Source: Actinomycetota bacterium (GTDB taxonomy: Bacteria > Actinomycetota > Acidimicrobiia > Acidimicrobiales > CADCSY01). From it: a DNA stretch of 64,000 nt. The notes beneath the pieces were generated by a model. It saw nothing but the letters and a program-made list of their open reading frames with translations, did no database searches and was not told where the DNA came from. A program made the translations under genes and the position numbers. Below are positions 18,002-26,336 of the stretch, piece by piece (the first letter of the stretch is position 1; every line of letters starts with the position of its first letter). Location: the NCBI GenBank assembly GCA_004366205.1, contig SIRW01000009.1, positions 4,997-68,996 on the forward strand. The letters are read 5' to 3'.

Positions 18002-19246
18002 ATGTTTCCTTCGCTGGTGGATGGTGCGGCCGAGGTGGTGGCTTGTGACCCCGACGGTCTGACCGATGCCGAGCTGGGCCCCGCCGCAGTCGAGCTGACG
18101 AGGGTGATCAACCAGCTCGACGCCGCCCGGGCCCGCTTGGCCGCCGCGATGGAGACCCGCAAGACGCACCGGGCCGATGGCGCCAAGACCGCCGCCGCCT
18201 GGCTCGCGTATCGCACGCACATGCCGTCTGGTGAGACCCGCCGCTGGGTCCGCCACGGCCGGGCGGTCCGCCAGATGCCCGAGACCGCGGTCGCCTGGTT
18301 GGACGGCCGGATCGGTGACGCCCACGTCGGGGTGTTGTGCCGGGCCCGGACGGGTCGTGACGAGCAGTTCGACGAGGCCGAGGGCACGCTGGCGGGCGTC
18401 GCGGTCGAGCACCGGTTCTTCGAGTTCTGCCGGGCGGTCGCCTACTGGTGTCAGGCCGCGGACCCCGACCGGGCCGATGAGGAAGCGGAGGCGCAGCGGG
18501 CTCGGCGGCGGGTGCATCTGTCCCAGACGCTGGAGGACATGTGGGCCGGGGATCTGCTCCTCGATCCGATCTCGGGGGCGATCGTGTCAGGCGAGCTCGC
18601 CCGGCTCGAGCAGCAGCTGTTCAAAGCGGACTGGGCCGAGGCCACAGACCGGCTCGGCCGGGAACCCACCATCGACGAGCTGGCCCGCACGCCGGCGCAG
18701 CGGCGGGCCGACGCCCTGGTGGAGATGGCGACCCGTTCGAAGACGGCACCGAAGAACGGGCGGCGCCCGGCCCCGTTGTTCACCGTGCTGGTCGGCTATG
18801 AGACCTTCGCCGGGCGGATCTGTGAGCTCGCCAACGGCCAGGTCATCGCCCCCGGGGCGCTGCTGCCCTGGCTCACCGACGCCTACGTCGAGCGCGTCGT
18901 GTTCGACGGGCCGTCGAGGGTGATCGACGTGTCCTGGTGGCAACGCCTGTTCACGGGCGCGACCCGCCGGTCGGTGCAGGTCCGGGACCGGTGGTGCTAT
19001 CACCCCACCTGCGAGCTGCCCGCCGAGGCCTGCCAGGTCGACCACATCCAGCCCTACGACGCCGGCGGACCCACCACCCAGGCCAACGGTCGGGCCGCCT
19101 GCGGGTTCCACAACCGCAACCGCCCCCGAGCCCAACCCCCACCCGACAGACAACGGAAGCAACGCCGAAAGAACCCCACCCCCCGCCGCCACAACGCCGG
19201 CAACAACAGCAGCACCGACGACCCCGACCCACCCCATCCCGACTGA
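18002..19246 (+). CDS. DUF222 N-terminal domain plus HNH endonuclease (REP13E12-like repeat protein)
   Basis: N-terminus with LTDAELGPAAVELTRVINQLDAARARLAAAME and the C-terminal HNH motif CQVDHIQPY...NGRAACGFHNRNR. The track ORF starts at TTG 17984. Confidence 0.8.
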   Translation: MFPSLVDGAAEVVACDPDGLTDAELGPAAVELTRVINQLDAARARLAAAMETRKTHRADGAKTAAAWLAYRTHMPSGETRRWVRHGRAVRQMPETAVAWLDGRIGDAHVGVLCRARTGRDEQFDEAEGTLAGVAVEHRFFEFCRAVAYWCQAADPDRADEEAEAQRARRRVHLSQTLEDMWAGDLLLDPISGAIVSGELARLEQQLFKADWAEATDRLGREPTIDELARTPAQRRADALVEMATRSKTAPKNGRRPAPLFTVLVGYETFAGRICELANGQVIAPGALLPWLTDAYVERVVFDGPSRVIDVSWWQRLFTGATRRSVQVRDRWCYHPTCELPAEACQVDHIQPYDAGGPTTQANGRAACGFHNRNRPRAQPPPDRQRKQRRKNPTPRRHNAGNNSSTDDPDPPHPD

Positions 19247-19334
19247 GGGTTGACTGACCGAGGGAGCGAGCCCGACCGGACCGAGGGCGCCGCCTGACCG
19301 ACGCGAGCGCGTCCGATCCGACCGAACCTTGTCT

Positions 19335-19360
19335 GACCGCGGCCGGCAGGAGCCGCGGTC
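19335..19360 (+). terminator. Hairpin GACCGCGGC-N8-GCCGCGGTC
   Basis: Perfect 9-bp stem about 90 nt downstream of the HNH gene stop. Confidence 0.3.
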
Positions 19361-19573
19361 CGAGCCCTCGCTCGGCGGTGGGGCCAGACGGCCCGAGCCG
19401 GGTTCGCACATCCTGGGGTCTGCCCGGGTACACTGGCCGCATCGGCGTCCCACCCGCGGGGGTGGTGTGGCGAGCCTGGTCCGAGGCCGCTCGACGACGC
19501 CGGAGCCAGAGCGGACGGCTCACGCGCCGCGGAGGCGACGGGAGCCCGGCGCACGGGAGCGCCTTCATCACAC

Positions 19574-22500
19574 ATGCCTGACGCAACCGAAGCCCTCGAG
19601 GCGGCCGCGTGGGCGGCAGCCGAGGGGATCGCGACCAGCGACCAGATCGCCCTGCTCGAAGCCGACCCGGCCGCGTGGCGGCGCACCCTCGAGCGCCTGC
19701 TCGACGAGACCGAGGACCGCCTCGACGCCGTCCGGCGCCGTGACGGCGTCGAGCGCGACCTCGCCGTCGCCGACTTCGAGGACGACCTGGCCCGCCTCGA
19801 GGCCGCCTACGACCTGCTGACCGTCGCCGCCAACGGCAACGGCGCCGTCAGCGTGGCCGCCGACCCCGCCGGCGAGGTTCGCCTCCAGGCCTCCTGGGCC
19901 GGCGGCGAGCTGGTCGTGTGGGCCGCGGGGCCGGGTGCGCCGCCCGCCGACAACGACGGCCTGGCCGACCGGCTCGAGGCCATCGGCGGCCCGGCGCTCG
20001 GCTGGACGGTGCACCCCGGCGTCCCGCTGCCCACCGGCGAACGGGCCCACGCCCTGTCCATCCCCATCGGCGAGTCGCTCGGTTGGCTGGTCGCCGTGGC
20101 AGCCGGGCTCGGCCGCGACCAGGTCGGCACCAGCGTGGCGTGGCTCGGCCGGGTCGCGGTCATGGGCGTGCGCCTCGTCGCGCAGGGGGCGGTGGTGCCG
20201 GCGCTGCGCGGCGAGAAGCAGGGGGGCAACCTCGAGCTGTCCGTGCGCTGGGCGCCTGCGCTCGTCGACGACGAGCGCGTCGACACCCTCGCCGCCGCCA
20301 TGCCGGGCCCGGTCACCGCCCTGGCCCCCGCCGACGCCCGCACGGTGACCCTGGACGTGCTCGCCGCCGTTGTCGACGCCATCGCGACCGACGCCGCCCG
20401 CCGGCTCGAGCTCCCCGCCCCGCCGCCCACCACCCGCACGGCCACGCACGTGGCCGAGGCAGTGATCACCCGGCTCGACGGCTCGCACTTCGTGGCCCCG
20501 GTCGGCGCGGGCGCCTCCATCTCCAAGCGCCTCGACCGCTGGGCCAAGTCGGTCACGGGCACGGGCCGGCCCCGCCTCGTCGTGCAGCTCGACCCGCCCG
20601 ACTCGGGTGACGCCTGGTTCCTGTCCGTGCTGGGTCCGGGGGCCGAGGGCACGCTGCTGCCCATCGAGGTGGCACTGGCGGACAGCAAGCAGACGAACCG
20701 CCTGGCCGACGAGCTCGCCCGCCTCGAGCGCATCCTGCCGGTGCTGCTGCGCGCCGGCGGTCTCCGCCGGGGTCAGGTGTATCTGAGCCAGGCCGAGGCG
20801 TGGGAGCTGATGACCGTCACCGGCGCCGCCGTGGAGGCCGCCGGCTTCGACGTGCGGGTGCCCGCCCTGTCCCGCCGCAAGCCCTCGCCCTCGCTGCGCC
20901 TCTTCGCCGAGCCGACCGGTGACTCCGTCGTCGGCGCCCACCAGCTCAGCAACGTGCGCTGGTCGGCCGTGTTCGACGACGTCGAGCTCACCGCCGCCGA
21001 CGTCGCCCGGCTCGCCGCCGAGGCGCGCCCCCTGGTGAAGTCCCGCGGCAGGTGGGTCGAGCTCGACCGCGCCGACCTCAAGGAGGCGGCCGCCGCGCTC
21101 GCCGAGCGGGCCGGCACCACCACGCTCACCGGAGCCGAGATCCTCCGTCACGCCGTCGGGCTCGAGGGCTCCCCGCTGGCGGGTGGGCTCACCGTCGAGG
21201 GCACCGGCTGGGCGACCGAGCTGCTCGAGCGGGCCCGGTCGGCCAAGGCCGAGCCCGTCGCCACCCCGGAGGGCTTCGCCGGCTCGCTGCGGGGCTACCA
21301 GACCGAGGCGCTCGGCTGGTTGGGCTTCCTCGACTCGGTCGAGCTCAGCGGCTGCCTCGCCCTCGACATGGGCCTCGGCAAGACCCCGACCGTGCTGGCC
21401 CACGTGCTCCGCACCGCGCAGGAGGGCACCACGCTCGTCGTCGCCCCCGCCGCCGTCGTCGGGAACTGGGCCGCCGAGGCCGCCAAGTTCACGCCCGGTC
21501 TGCGGGTCGTCGTCCACCACGGGGCGTCGCGGGCCTCGGCGGAGGAGCTGGAGGCCGAGATCGAGGGCGCCGACCTGGTCATCACGACCTACGCCACCGC
21601 CGTGCGCGACATCGACGCCATCGCCCAGCACGACTGGCGCCGGATGGTGCTCGACGAGGCCCAGGCCATCAAGAACCCGGCCAGCGAGACCCACCAGCAG
21701 CTGCGCCGGGTCGGGGCGCGCTCGAAGGTGGCGCTCACCGGCACGCCGATCGAGAACGGACTGGGAGATCTGTGGTCGATCCTCGACTTCACCAACCCCG
21801 GCCTGGTCGGGCCCCGATCCGCCTTCATCGCCCAGCTCTCCGGTGAGGGCGAGGCGGCGCTGCGGGCGCTCAACGGGCTGCTGGTGTTCCGCCGCACCAA
21901 GGCCGAGCCCGAGGTCGCCGCCGAGCTGCCCGACAAGATCGACGAGCTCGACCACTGCACGATGACCGCCGAGCAGATCGGCCTGTACCAGGCCGTGCTC
22001 GACAGCCTGGTCACCAACGCCGCCGACGCCACCCGCGAAGCGAAGCAGGGAGCGATCCTGGCGGCGATCACCGCGCTCAAGCAGATCTGCAACCACCCCG
22101 CCGCCTACCAGCCCGACGACCGGCCCCTGCACGGCCGGTCGGGCAAGCTCACCCGCCTCGAGGAGATCGTCGAGACCGTCTTCGCCGCGGGCGAGCGGGT
22201 CCTGGTGTTCACGCACTTCGCCGAGTGGGGCAAGCGCCTCGCCGACCACCTCACCGAGCTCACCGGCGTGCCCATCGCCTGCTACCACGGCGGGCTCGCC
22301 CGAGGTGTGCGCGACCGCATCGTCACCGAGTTCCAGGAAGGCGAGGGGCCGGGTGCGCTCGTGCTGTCCCTGAAGGCCGGCGGCACCGGGTTGAACCTGA
22401 CGGCGGCGAGCCACGTGGTGCTCTACGACCGGTGGTGGAACCCCGCCGTGGAGGATCAGGCCCGTGACCGGGCGTGGCGGATCGGTCAGACCAGGACGGT

Positions 22501-22687
22501 GATCTCGCACCGGCTGGTGTGCCCCGGCACGGTCGACGAGCGGGTCGAGGAGGTCGTGGCCGGCAAGCGCCACATCGCCGACCTGGTGCTGCCCAAGTCG
22601 AGCTCGCTCGCCGACCTCGATCCCGACCAGCTGCGGGTCGCCCTCGGCCTGCGCACCGACCAGCTGCTCACCGAGGAGGACCTGTGA
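19574..22687 (+). CDS. SNF2-family DEAD/DEAH-box helicase (HelZ/RapA-like)
   Basis: 1037 aa with a ~560-aa N-terminal extension. SNF2 motifs LRGYQTEALGWL and DMGLGKT, then MVLDEAQAIKN, then a C-terminal helicase domain (SLKAGGTGLNLT, QARDRAWRIGQ). Confidence 0.85.
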   Translation: MPDATEALEAAAWAAAEGIATSDQIALLEADPAAWRRTLERLLDETEDRLDAVRRRDGVERDLAVADFEDDLARLEAAYDLLTVAANGNGAVSVAADPAGEVRLQASWAGGELVVWAAGPGAPPADNDGLADRLEAIGGPALGWTVHPGVPLPTGERAHALSIPIGESLGWLVAVAAGLGRDQVGTSVAWLGRVAVMGVRLVAQGAVVPALRGEKQGGNLELSVRWAPALVDDERVDTLAAAMPGPVTALAPADARTVTLDVLAAVVDAIATDAARRLELPAPPPTTRTATHVAEAVITRLDGSHFVAPVGAGASISKRLDRWAKSVTGTGRPRLVVQLDPPDSGDAWFLSVLGPGAEGTLLPIEVALADSKQTNRLADELARLERILPVLLRAGGLRRGQVYLSQAEAWELMTVTGAAVEAAGFDVRVPALSRRKPSPSLRLFAEPTGDSVVGAHQLSNVRWSAVFDDVELTAADVARLAAEARPLVKSRGRWVELDRADLKEAAAALAERAGTTTLTGAEILRHAVGLEGSPLAGGLTVEGTGWATELLERARSAKAEPVATPEGFAGSLRGYQTEALGWLGFLDSVELSGCLALDMGLGKTPTVLAHVLRTAQEGTTLVVAPAAVVGNWAAEAAKFTPGLRVVVHHGASRASAEELEAEIEGADLVITTYATAVRDIDAIAQHDWRRMVLDEAQAIKNPASETHQQLRRVGARSKVALTGTPIENGLGDLWSILDFTNPGLVGPRSAFIAQLSGEGEAALRALNGLLVFRRTKAEPEVAAELPDKIDELDHCTMTAEQIGLYQAVLDSLVTNAADATREAKQGAILAAITALKQICNHPAAYQPDDRPLHGRSGKLTRLEEIVETVFAAGERVLVFTHFAEWGKRLADHLTELTGVPIACYHGGLARGVRDRIVTEFQEGEGPGALVLSLKAGGTGLNLTAASHVVLYDRWWNPAVEDQARDRAWRIGQTRTVISHRLVCPGTVDERVEEVVAGKRHIADLVLPKSSSLADLDPDQLRVALGLRTDQLLTEEDL

Positions 22688-22989
22688 ACCAGCCCCGGCG
22701 CAAGCAGTCGCGGGGCCGGCGCAAGGGACCGAAGCAGAAGCGCCAGCTGACCACCGCCGACCTCTGGCGGCCCACCCCGCAGCTGCCCGAACCCGAGCCC
22801 ATCCGCCCCGCGTCCGACCCCACGGCGTTGCTGCGCTCGCTCGGCAACCCGCCCCTGCCCGGCCAGGGCGCCGTCGCCGAGCACTACCTCGCCGCCGTCG
22901 TGGAGCGGGCCGCCGGCCTGGCCACCGCCCTGGCCGCCAGCGCCGACCTCCTCGCCCCGCCCGACGGCGACGCCGACGTGGACGCGTGA
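22684..22989 (+). CDS. Hypothetical small protein with a basic N-terminus, translationally coupled to the helicase
   Basis: GTG 22684 overlaps the helicase stop (GTGA). High GC3. 101 aa. Confidence 0.55.
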   Translation: MNQPRRKQSRGRRKGPKQKRQLTTADLWRPTPQLPEPEPIRPASDPTALLRSLGNPPLPGQGAVAEHYLAAVVERAAGLATALAASADLLAPPDGDADVDA

Positions 22990-23027
22990 TCACGGTCCGT
23001 CCCGTGCCGGCGGCGCGGCGGTAGCGT

Positions 23028-23867
23028 TTGGCGGTGGCGAGCCGGGTGTGGTCCGACCCCCTGGGGGCGATCGTCGGGACGCCGCGCCGGCGCGCCGCCG
23101 CCGCGGCCGTGCTCACCGGCGTCCTGCTGATCGGCGCCGGCCTGCTGCTCATGGGACCCGCCGACGACGGCCCGCAGGTCCTCGGGGCGCTCGAGGAGCG
23201 CACCACGACGACCACGACCGCGCTCACCACGACCACGACCACGGCCAGCGGGACGACGACCACCACCTTGGCCGAGGCGCCGGACACGCCCGATCCGGCC
23301 GTGCCGCCACCGGGCACCGCTCCTCCCGGCGGCGCGCCGCCTGGCCCGGCACCCTCGCCAGCCCCGCCGCCCGCGCCTGATCCCGGCCCCGCCCCGGGCC
23401 CGGGCGGCGGCGCCACCGACCCCCGGCCCTGCGGGGAGGGGCACCCGGTCGACGAGTCCGAAGCGCCCCAGCCCGGGTGCTACTGGAAGGCCAGCGACAA
23501 CGCCCTGGTGGTCGAGGTCGCCCAGGGCGAGTTCGCCGACTGGACCTCGTCGAGCACGGTGGGCCCCCGCTGGCTCGCCTTCGACCTCGGCGTCCAGGGC
23601 GACCCGGTGCCCCGCGACGGCGGCCACGAGGTCACGGTCACGATCTCGCTGACCAACGTGCTCGATCGCCCGATGCTGTTCGACGGGCGGGTCGCCGTGC
23701 AGCTCGTCGTGCAGCACCAGGGCGCCGTCAGCCACGTCCTCGACGTCGTGCTCGCCGACGTCGACCGCCTGCTACCGGGTGAGACCCGACGGGGCACCGC
23801 CACCTTCGTGGTGACCGGCGAGGGCCGCCACGACATCCACGGCGAGACCGTCTTCGCCCTGGACTGA
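23028..23867 (+). CDS. Membrane-anchored protein with Thr-rich and Pro-rich linkers and a C-terminal beta-rich domain
   Basis: TM helix AAVLTGVLLIGAGLLLM, then a TTTTTTALTTTTTTASGTTTTT run and a PPPGTAPPGGAPPGPAPSPAPPPAP run. The start is uncertain: TTG 23028, or GTG 23034 or 23046. Confidence 0.65.
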   Translation: MAVASRVWSDPLGAIVGTPRRRAAAAAVLTGVLLIGAGLLLMGPADDGPQVLGALEERTTTTTTALTTTTTTASGTTTTTLAEAPDTPDPAVPPPGTAPPGGAPPGPAPSPAPPPAPDPGPAPGPGGGATDPRPCGEGHPVDESEAPQPGCYWKASDNALVVEVAQGEFADWTSSSTVGPRWLAFDLGVQGDPVPRDGGHEVTVTISLTNVLDRPMLFDGRVAVQLVVQHQGAVSHVLDVVLADVDRLLPGETRRGTATFVVTGEGRHDIHGETVFALD

Positions 23868-23936
23868 TCAGCGCCGCACTCGGTCGGCGCACAGCCGGTC
23901 AGCGCCGGCGCCGGGCGCCGACGGGCGCGGCCGCGC

Positions 23937-23979
23937 TTTCCGGACGCTCGACGTCGCATGCGGACCGGCAGCGTCCGGA
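23937..23979. terminator. Hairpin TTCCGGACGCT-N21-AGCGTCCGGAA between convergent genes
   Basis: Perfect 11-bp arms read directly. No clear U-tract. Confidence 0.4.
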
Positions 23980-24034
23980 AAAGAAGTCAGGCGGCGCCGG
24001 GCGTGGCCATCCGCCAGACGCGAGCGAGCCGGGG

Positions 24035-24352
24035 TCAGGCCGTGCCGTCCCCGTTCAGCAGCTCGGCCCGCCGGCGCCGTTCGTTGGTGCGGCGCTTCCA
24101 GAAGGGCTGCTTCCAGTGGCGCCAACGCTTGCGGGGCGCCTCGTCGACCGCGGCCCCGTCCTCGGCGAGCGGCTCCGGCGGCGGGGGGGCGGGGCTCCGC
24201 TTCTCGGGCACGACCACCTCGTCGGGGTCGGCAACCAGCAGAGCCTCCTTCGCAGCTCGGCGCTCCCGGCGATGGTCCATCTGCCGGGCCGGCTTGGGCA
24301 CCTTGGCGTAGCCGGGGTTCGAGCTGCGGGACAGTTCGTGGCGCTTGCTCAT
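24035..24352 (-). CDS. Hypothetical small basic protein
   Basis: The ATG is preceded by GGGAGGAGG. High GC3. 105 aa with a C-terminal RKRWRHWKQPFWKRR segment. Confidence 0.6.
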   Translation of the reverse strand: MSKRHELSRSSNPGYAKVPKPARQMDHRRERRAAKEALLVADPDEVVVPEKRSPAPPPPEPLAEDGAAVDEAPRKRWRHWKQPFWKRRTNERRRRAELLNGDGTA

Positions 24353-24466
24353 GCGCCTCCTCCCATGGGGTGGCTGTCACCGGAAGGCTACCTGCCGGAC
24401 GGGGGCCCATGTAGGGGACAAGGTCCTCGTCGTCGGACGGCCGCCAGGGACCGAGGACCCCGTTGC

Positions 24467-25285
24467 TCAACCCCCGCGGATGCGGTAGATGGCGGTGTGG
24501 CGGACGTGGGCGACGGGCTCGGGCTCGTCACCGGTGACGTACAGCAGGTCGAGGTCGACCAGCTCGTGGCCCTTGCGCTCGTACACGTCGGCGACCCTGC
24601 CCCGCAGCTCGAAGCGCTCGCCGTCCCGCAGCGGCCGGTGCAGCGTCACGACGCTGCCCGTGTGGATCCACGGGCCGAGGCGCACGTTGGCCGCCAGGAT
24701 CCAGTTGGCGAACTGCAGCAGCCAGCCGGGGTGGGCGACGCCCGCCTCCCGCCAGTGCGGGTGATCGTCGCGGACGGCGTCGAGGTACTCGGCGGCCCGG
24801 TCGGCCCGGAAGCCGGCGTCGAGCACGCCCAGCGGGCCGGCCACCCGCAGCGCCTCGGCGCTCACCGGCGGCGCCGGGTCGGGGAGGGGAGCGGCAGGGT
24901 AGCCGGCCGGGTCGGGCGGGACCGGTCGTTCGGCGGGGATCGTCGCCCGCCCCGTCGCCGCCACCTCGCCGCCGGGGCCCCGAGCCTCGAGCGTCACGGC
25001 CTGGGCGCCGCCACCGTCCTGCTGCTCGGGCCGAGCCTCGACGGTGACCGGATCGCCTTCGTAGACCGGTTGCACGAAGCGGGCTTCGATGGTGCCGCCC
25101 TCGAGCCACGCCGGGCCGAGCGAGTCGAGCGCCTGGCGGGCCAGCCAGGCGAACGTGGTGACGCCGGGGACGAGCCCGCCCCGGAAGCCGAGCTGCCGGG
25201 CGACCTCGTCGTCGTGGATCTTGTTCTCGGAGTGGGCGGCGGTGTTGTGGGCCTCGACCGTCCAGGTCGAACGCGGCGCGGGCAT
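24467..25285 (-). CDS. MaoC-like double hot-dog fold dehydratase/hydratase
   Basis: ATG 25285 lies inside track ORF 24467..25543. Motifs HSENKIHDDEVARQLGFRGGLVPG and a second hot-dog half (HPGWLLQFANWIL). Confidence 0.7.
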   Translation of the reverse strand: MPAPRSTWTVEAHNTAAHSENKIHDDEVARQLGFRGGLVPGVTTFAWLARQALDSLGPAWLEGGTIEARFVQPVYEGDPVTVEARPEQQDGGGAQAVTLEARGPGGEVAATGRATIPAERPVPPDPAGYPAAPLPDPAPPVSAEALRVAGPLGVLDAGFRADRAAEYLDAVRDDHPHWREAGVAHPGWLLQFANWILAANVRLGPWIHTGSVVTLHRPLRDGERFELRGRVADVYERKGHELVDLDLLYVTGDEPEPVAHVRHTAIYRIRGG

Positions 25286-25424
25286 GCCGTCAGTCTGGCC
25301 GACCCGTCGCCGGTGACGCTTCCCGGGAGCCGGGCGGAACCATCCCTCGCTTTCAGGACCCTCGATGCGGCGTGCGGACGTCGGGCGTCCGGAAGGTTCG
25401 GCAGGCGTCCGCACCGTGGAAACA

Positions 25425-25459
25425 TTGACAGTTACAAGTGTCAATATTACACTATTGAC
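25425..25459 (+). promoter_or_regulatory. MerR-type promoter/operator: TTGACA-N8-TGTCAA dyad, a third TTGAC copy, and -10 TACACT
   Basis: Low-GC island cattgacagttacaagtgtcaatattacactattgac. The -35 TTGACA is 17 nt from TACACT (or 19 nt from CACTAT). GTG 25461 lies 7 nt after the -10. Confidence 0.45.
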
Positions 25460-25460
25460 T

Positions 25461-26321
25461 GTGAGAACGACCGCGCCCGACGGCACCGCCGGCGCCGGTG
25501 AGGCGGACGAGGCCTTCGGGATCCACGAGCTGGCCAGCCGCACCGGTACCAGCGTGCGGACGATCCGCTACTACCAGTCCAAGGGGCTGCTGCCCGCGCC
25601 CCGCAGGCGCGGCCGCGAAGCGCGCTACGGGGCCGATCACGTCGAGCGCCTCGGCCTCATCGCCGAGCTCCAGGCGCGTGGCCTACGCCTGTCCGCCGTC
25701 CGCGAGGTGCTCCGCAACGGCGGCGACGCCCTCGACGTCAACGACTGGCTCGGCCTCGGCGAGGCGCTCACCCGCCCCTGGGTGGAGGACCAGCCCGCCC
25801 TCCTCGACGACGCCGCGCTCGCCGAGCGCATCGAGGACACGCCGCCCGGCACGGCCGACGCCCTCGAGCGGGTCGGCGTGATCGAGCGGCGCACCGACAC
25901 CAGCCCGGCGGTGTGGTTCGTGCCCAGCCAGGAGATGCTCGACATCAGCCTGGCGTGGGCTCGGCTGGGCCTCGACCTCGACGCCGGCGCCCGCCTGCGT
26001 GACCGGCTCCGCCGCCGTCTGCAGGCCGCCGCGGCCGAGCTGGTGGAGGGCTTCATCGACGAGGTCGGCCTCGAGCAGCTCGCCGGCGGCGGTCCGGCCG
26101 CGCTCACCGCCCTGATCGAGCAGACCCAGCCGCTCACCCGGCGCACCGTCGAGCTCCTCTTCGCCCAGGAGATGGAGCGGGCCCAGCGCGGCCTCGTCGA
26201 CGCCGCCACCGCCGACGGCCCGACCGCCCCGACCTCCGCCCCGCGCCGTCACACCAGCCCCGACCGGCGCGCCGGCCCAGACCGCCGCGGCGGTGCCGGC
26301 CGCCGCCGTCCCCGCCGCTGA
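25461..26321 (+). CDS. MerR family transcriptional regulator
   Basis: HTH FGIHELASRTGTSVRTIRYYQSKGLLP. The start is uncertain: I prefer GTG 25461 (leaderless), while the track ORF begins at 25365. Confidence 0.8.
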   Translation: MRTTAPDGTAGAGEADEAFGIHELASRTGTSVRTIRYYQSKGLLPAPRRRGREARYGADHVERLGLIAELQARGLRLSAVREVLRNGGDALDVNDWLGLGEALTRPWVEDQPALLDDAALAERIEDTPPGTADALERVGVIERRTDTSPAVWFVPSQEMLDISLAWARLGLDLDAGARLRDRLRRRLQAAAAELVEGFIDEVGLEQLAGGGPAALTALIEQTQPLTRRTVELLFAQEMERAQRGLVDAATADGPTAPTSAPRRHTSPDRRAGPDRRGGAGRRRPRR

Positions 26322-26336
26322 CCCGAGGAGCCGTCC

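Noticed and set aside
19568-23416. 1282-aa minus-strand ORF, the longest in the track
   Set aside because: It is antisense to the SNF2 helicase, whose motifs are unambiguous. Its product is Gly/Arg/Pro/Ala low-complexity sequence with no motifs. This is the typical shadow ORF of high-GC DNA, where stop codons are rare in the antisense frame.
19574-24352. The SNF2 helicase neighbourhood as a DISARM, BREX or Zorya-like defence island
   Set aside because: No methyltransferase, PLD or nuclease, PglZ or membrane-motor partners are present. The helicase resembles the conserved HelZ/RapA housekeeping type. The adjacent HNH gene is of the REP13E12 repeat type and is separated from it by a 327-nt spacer.
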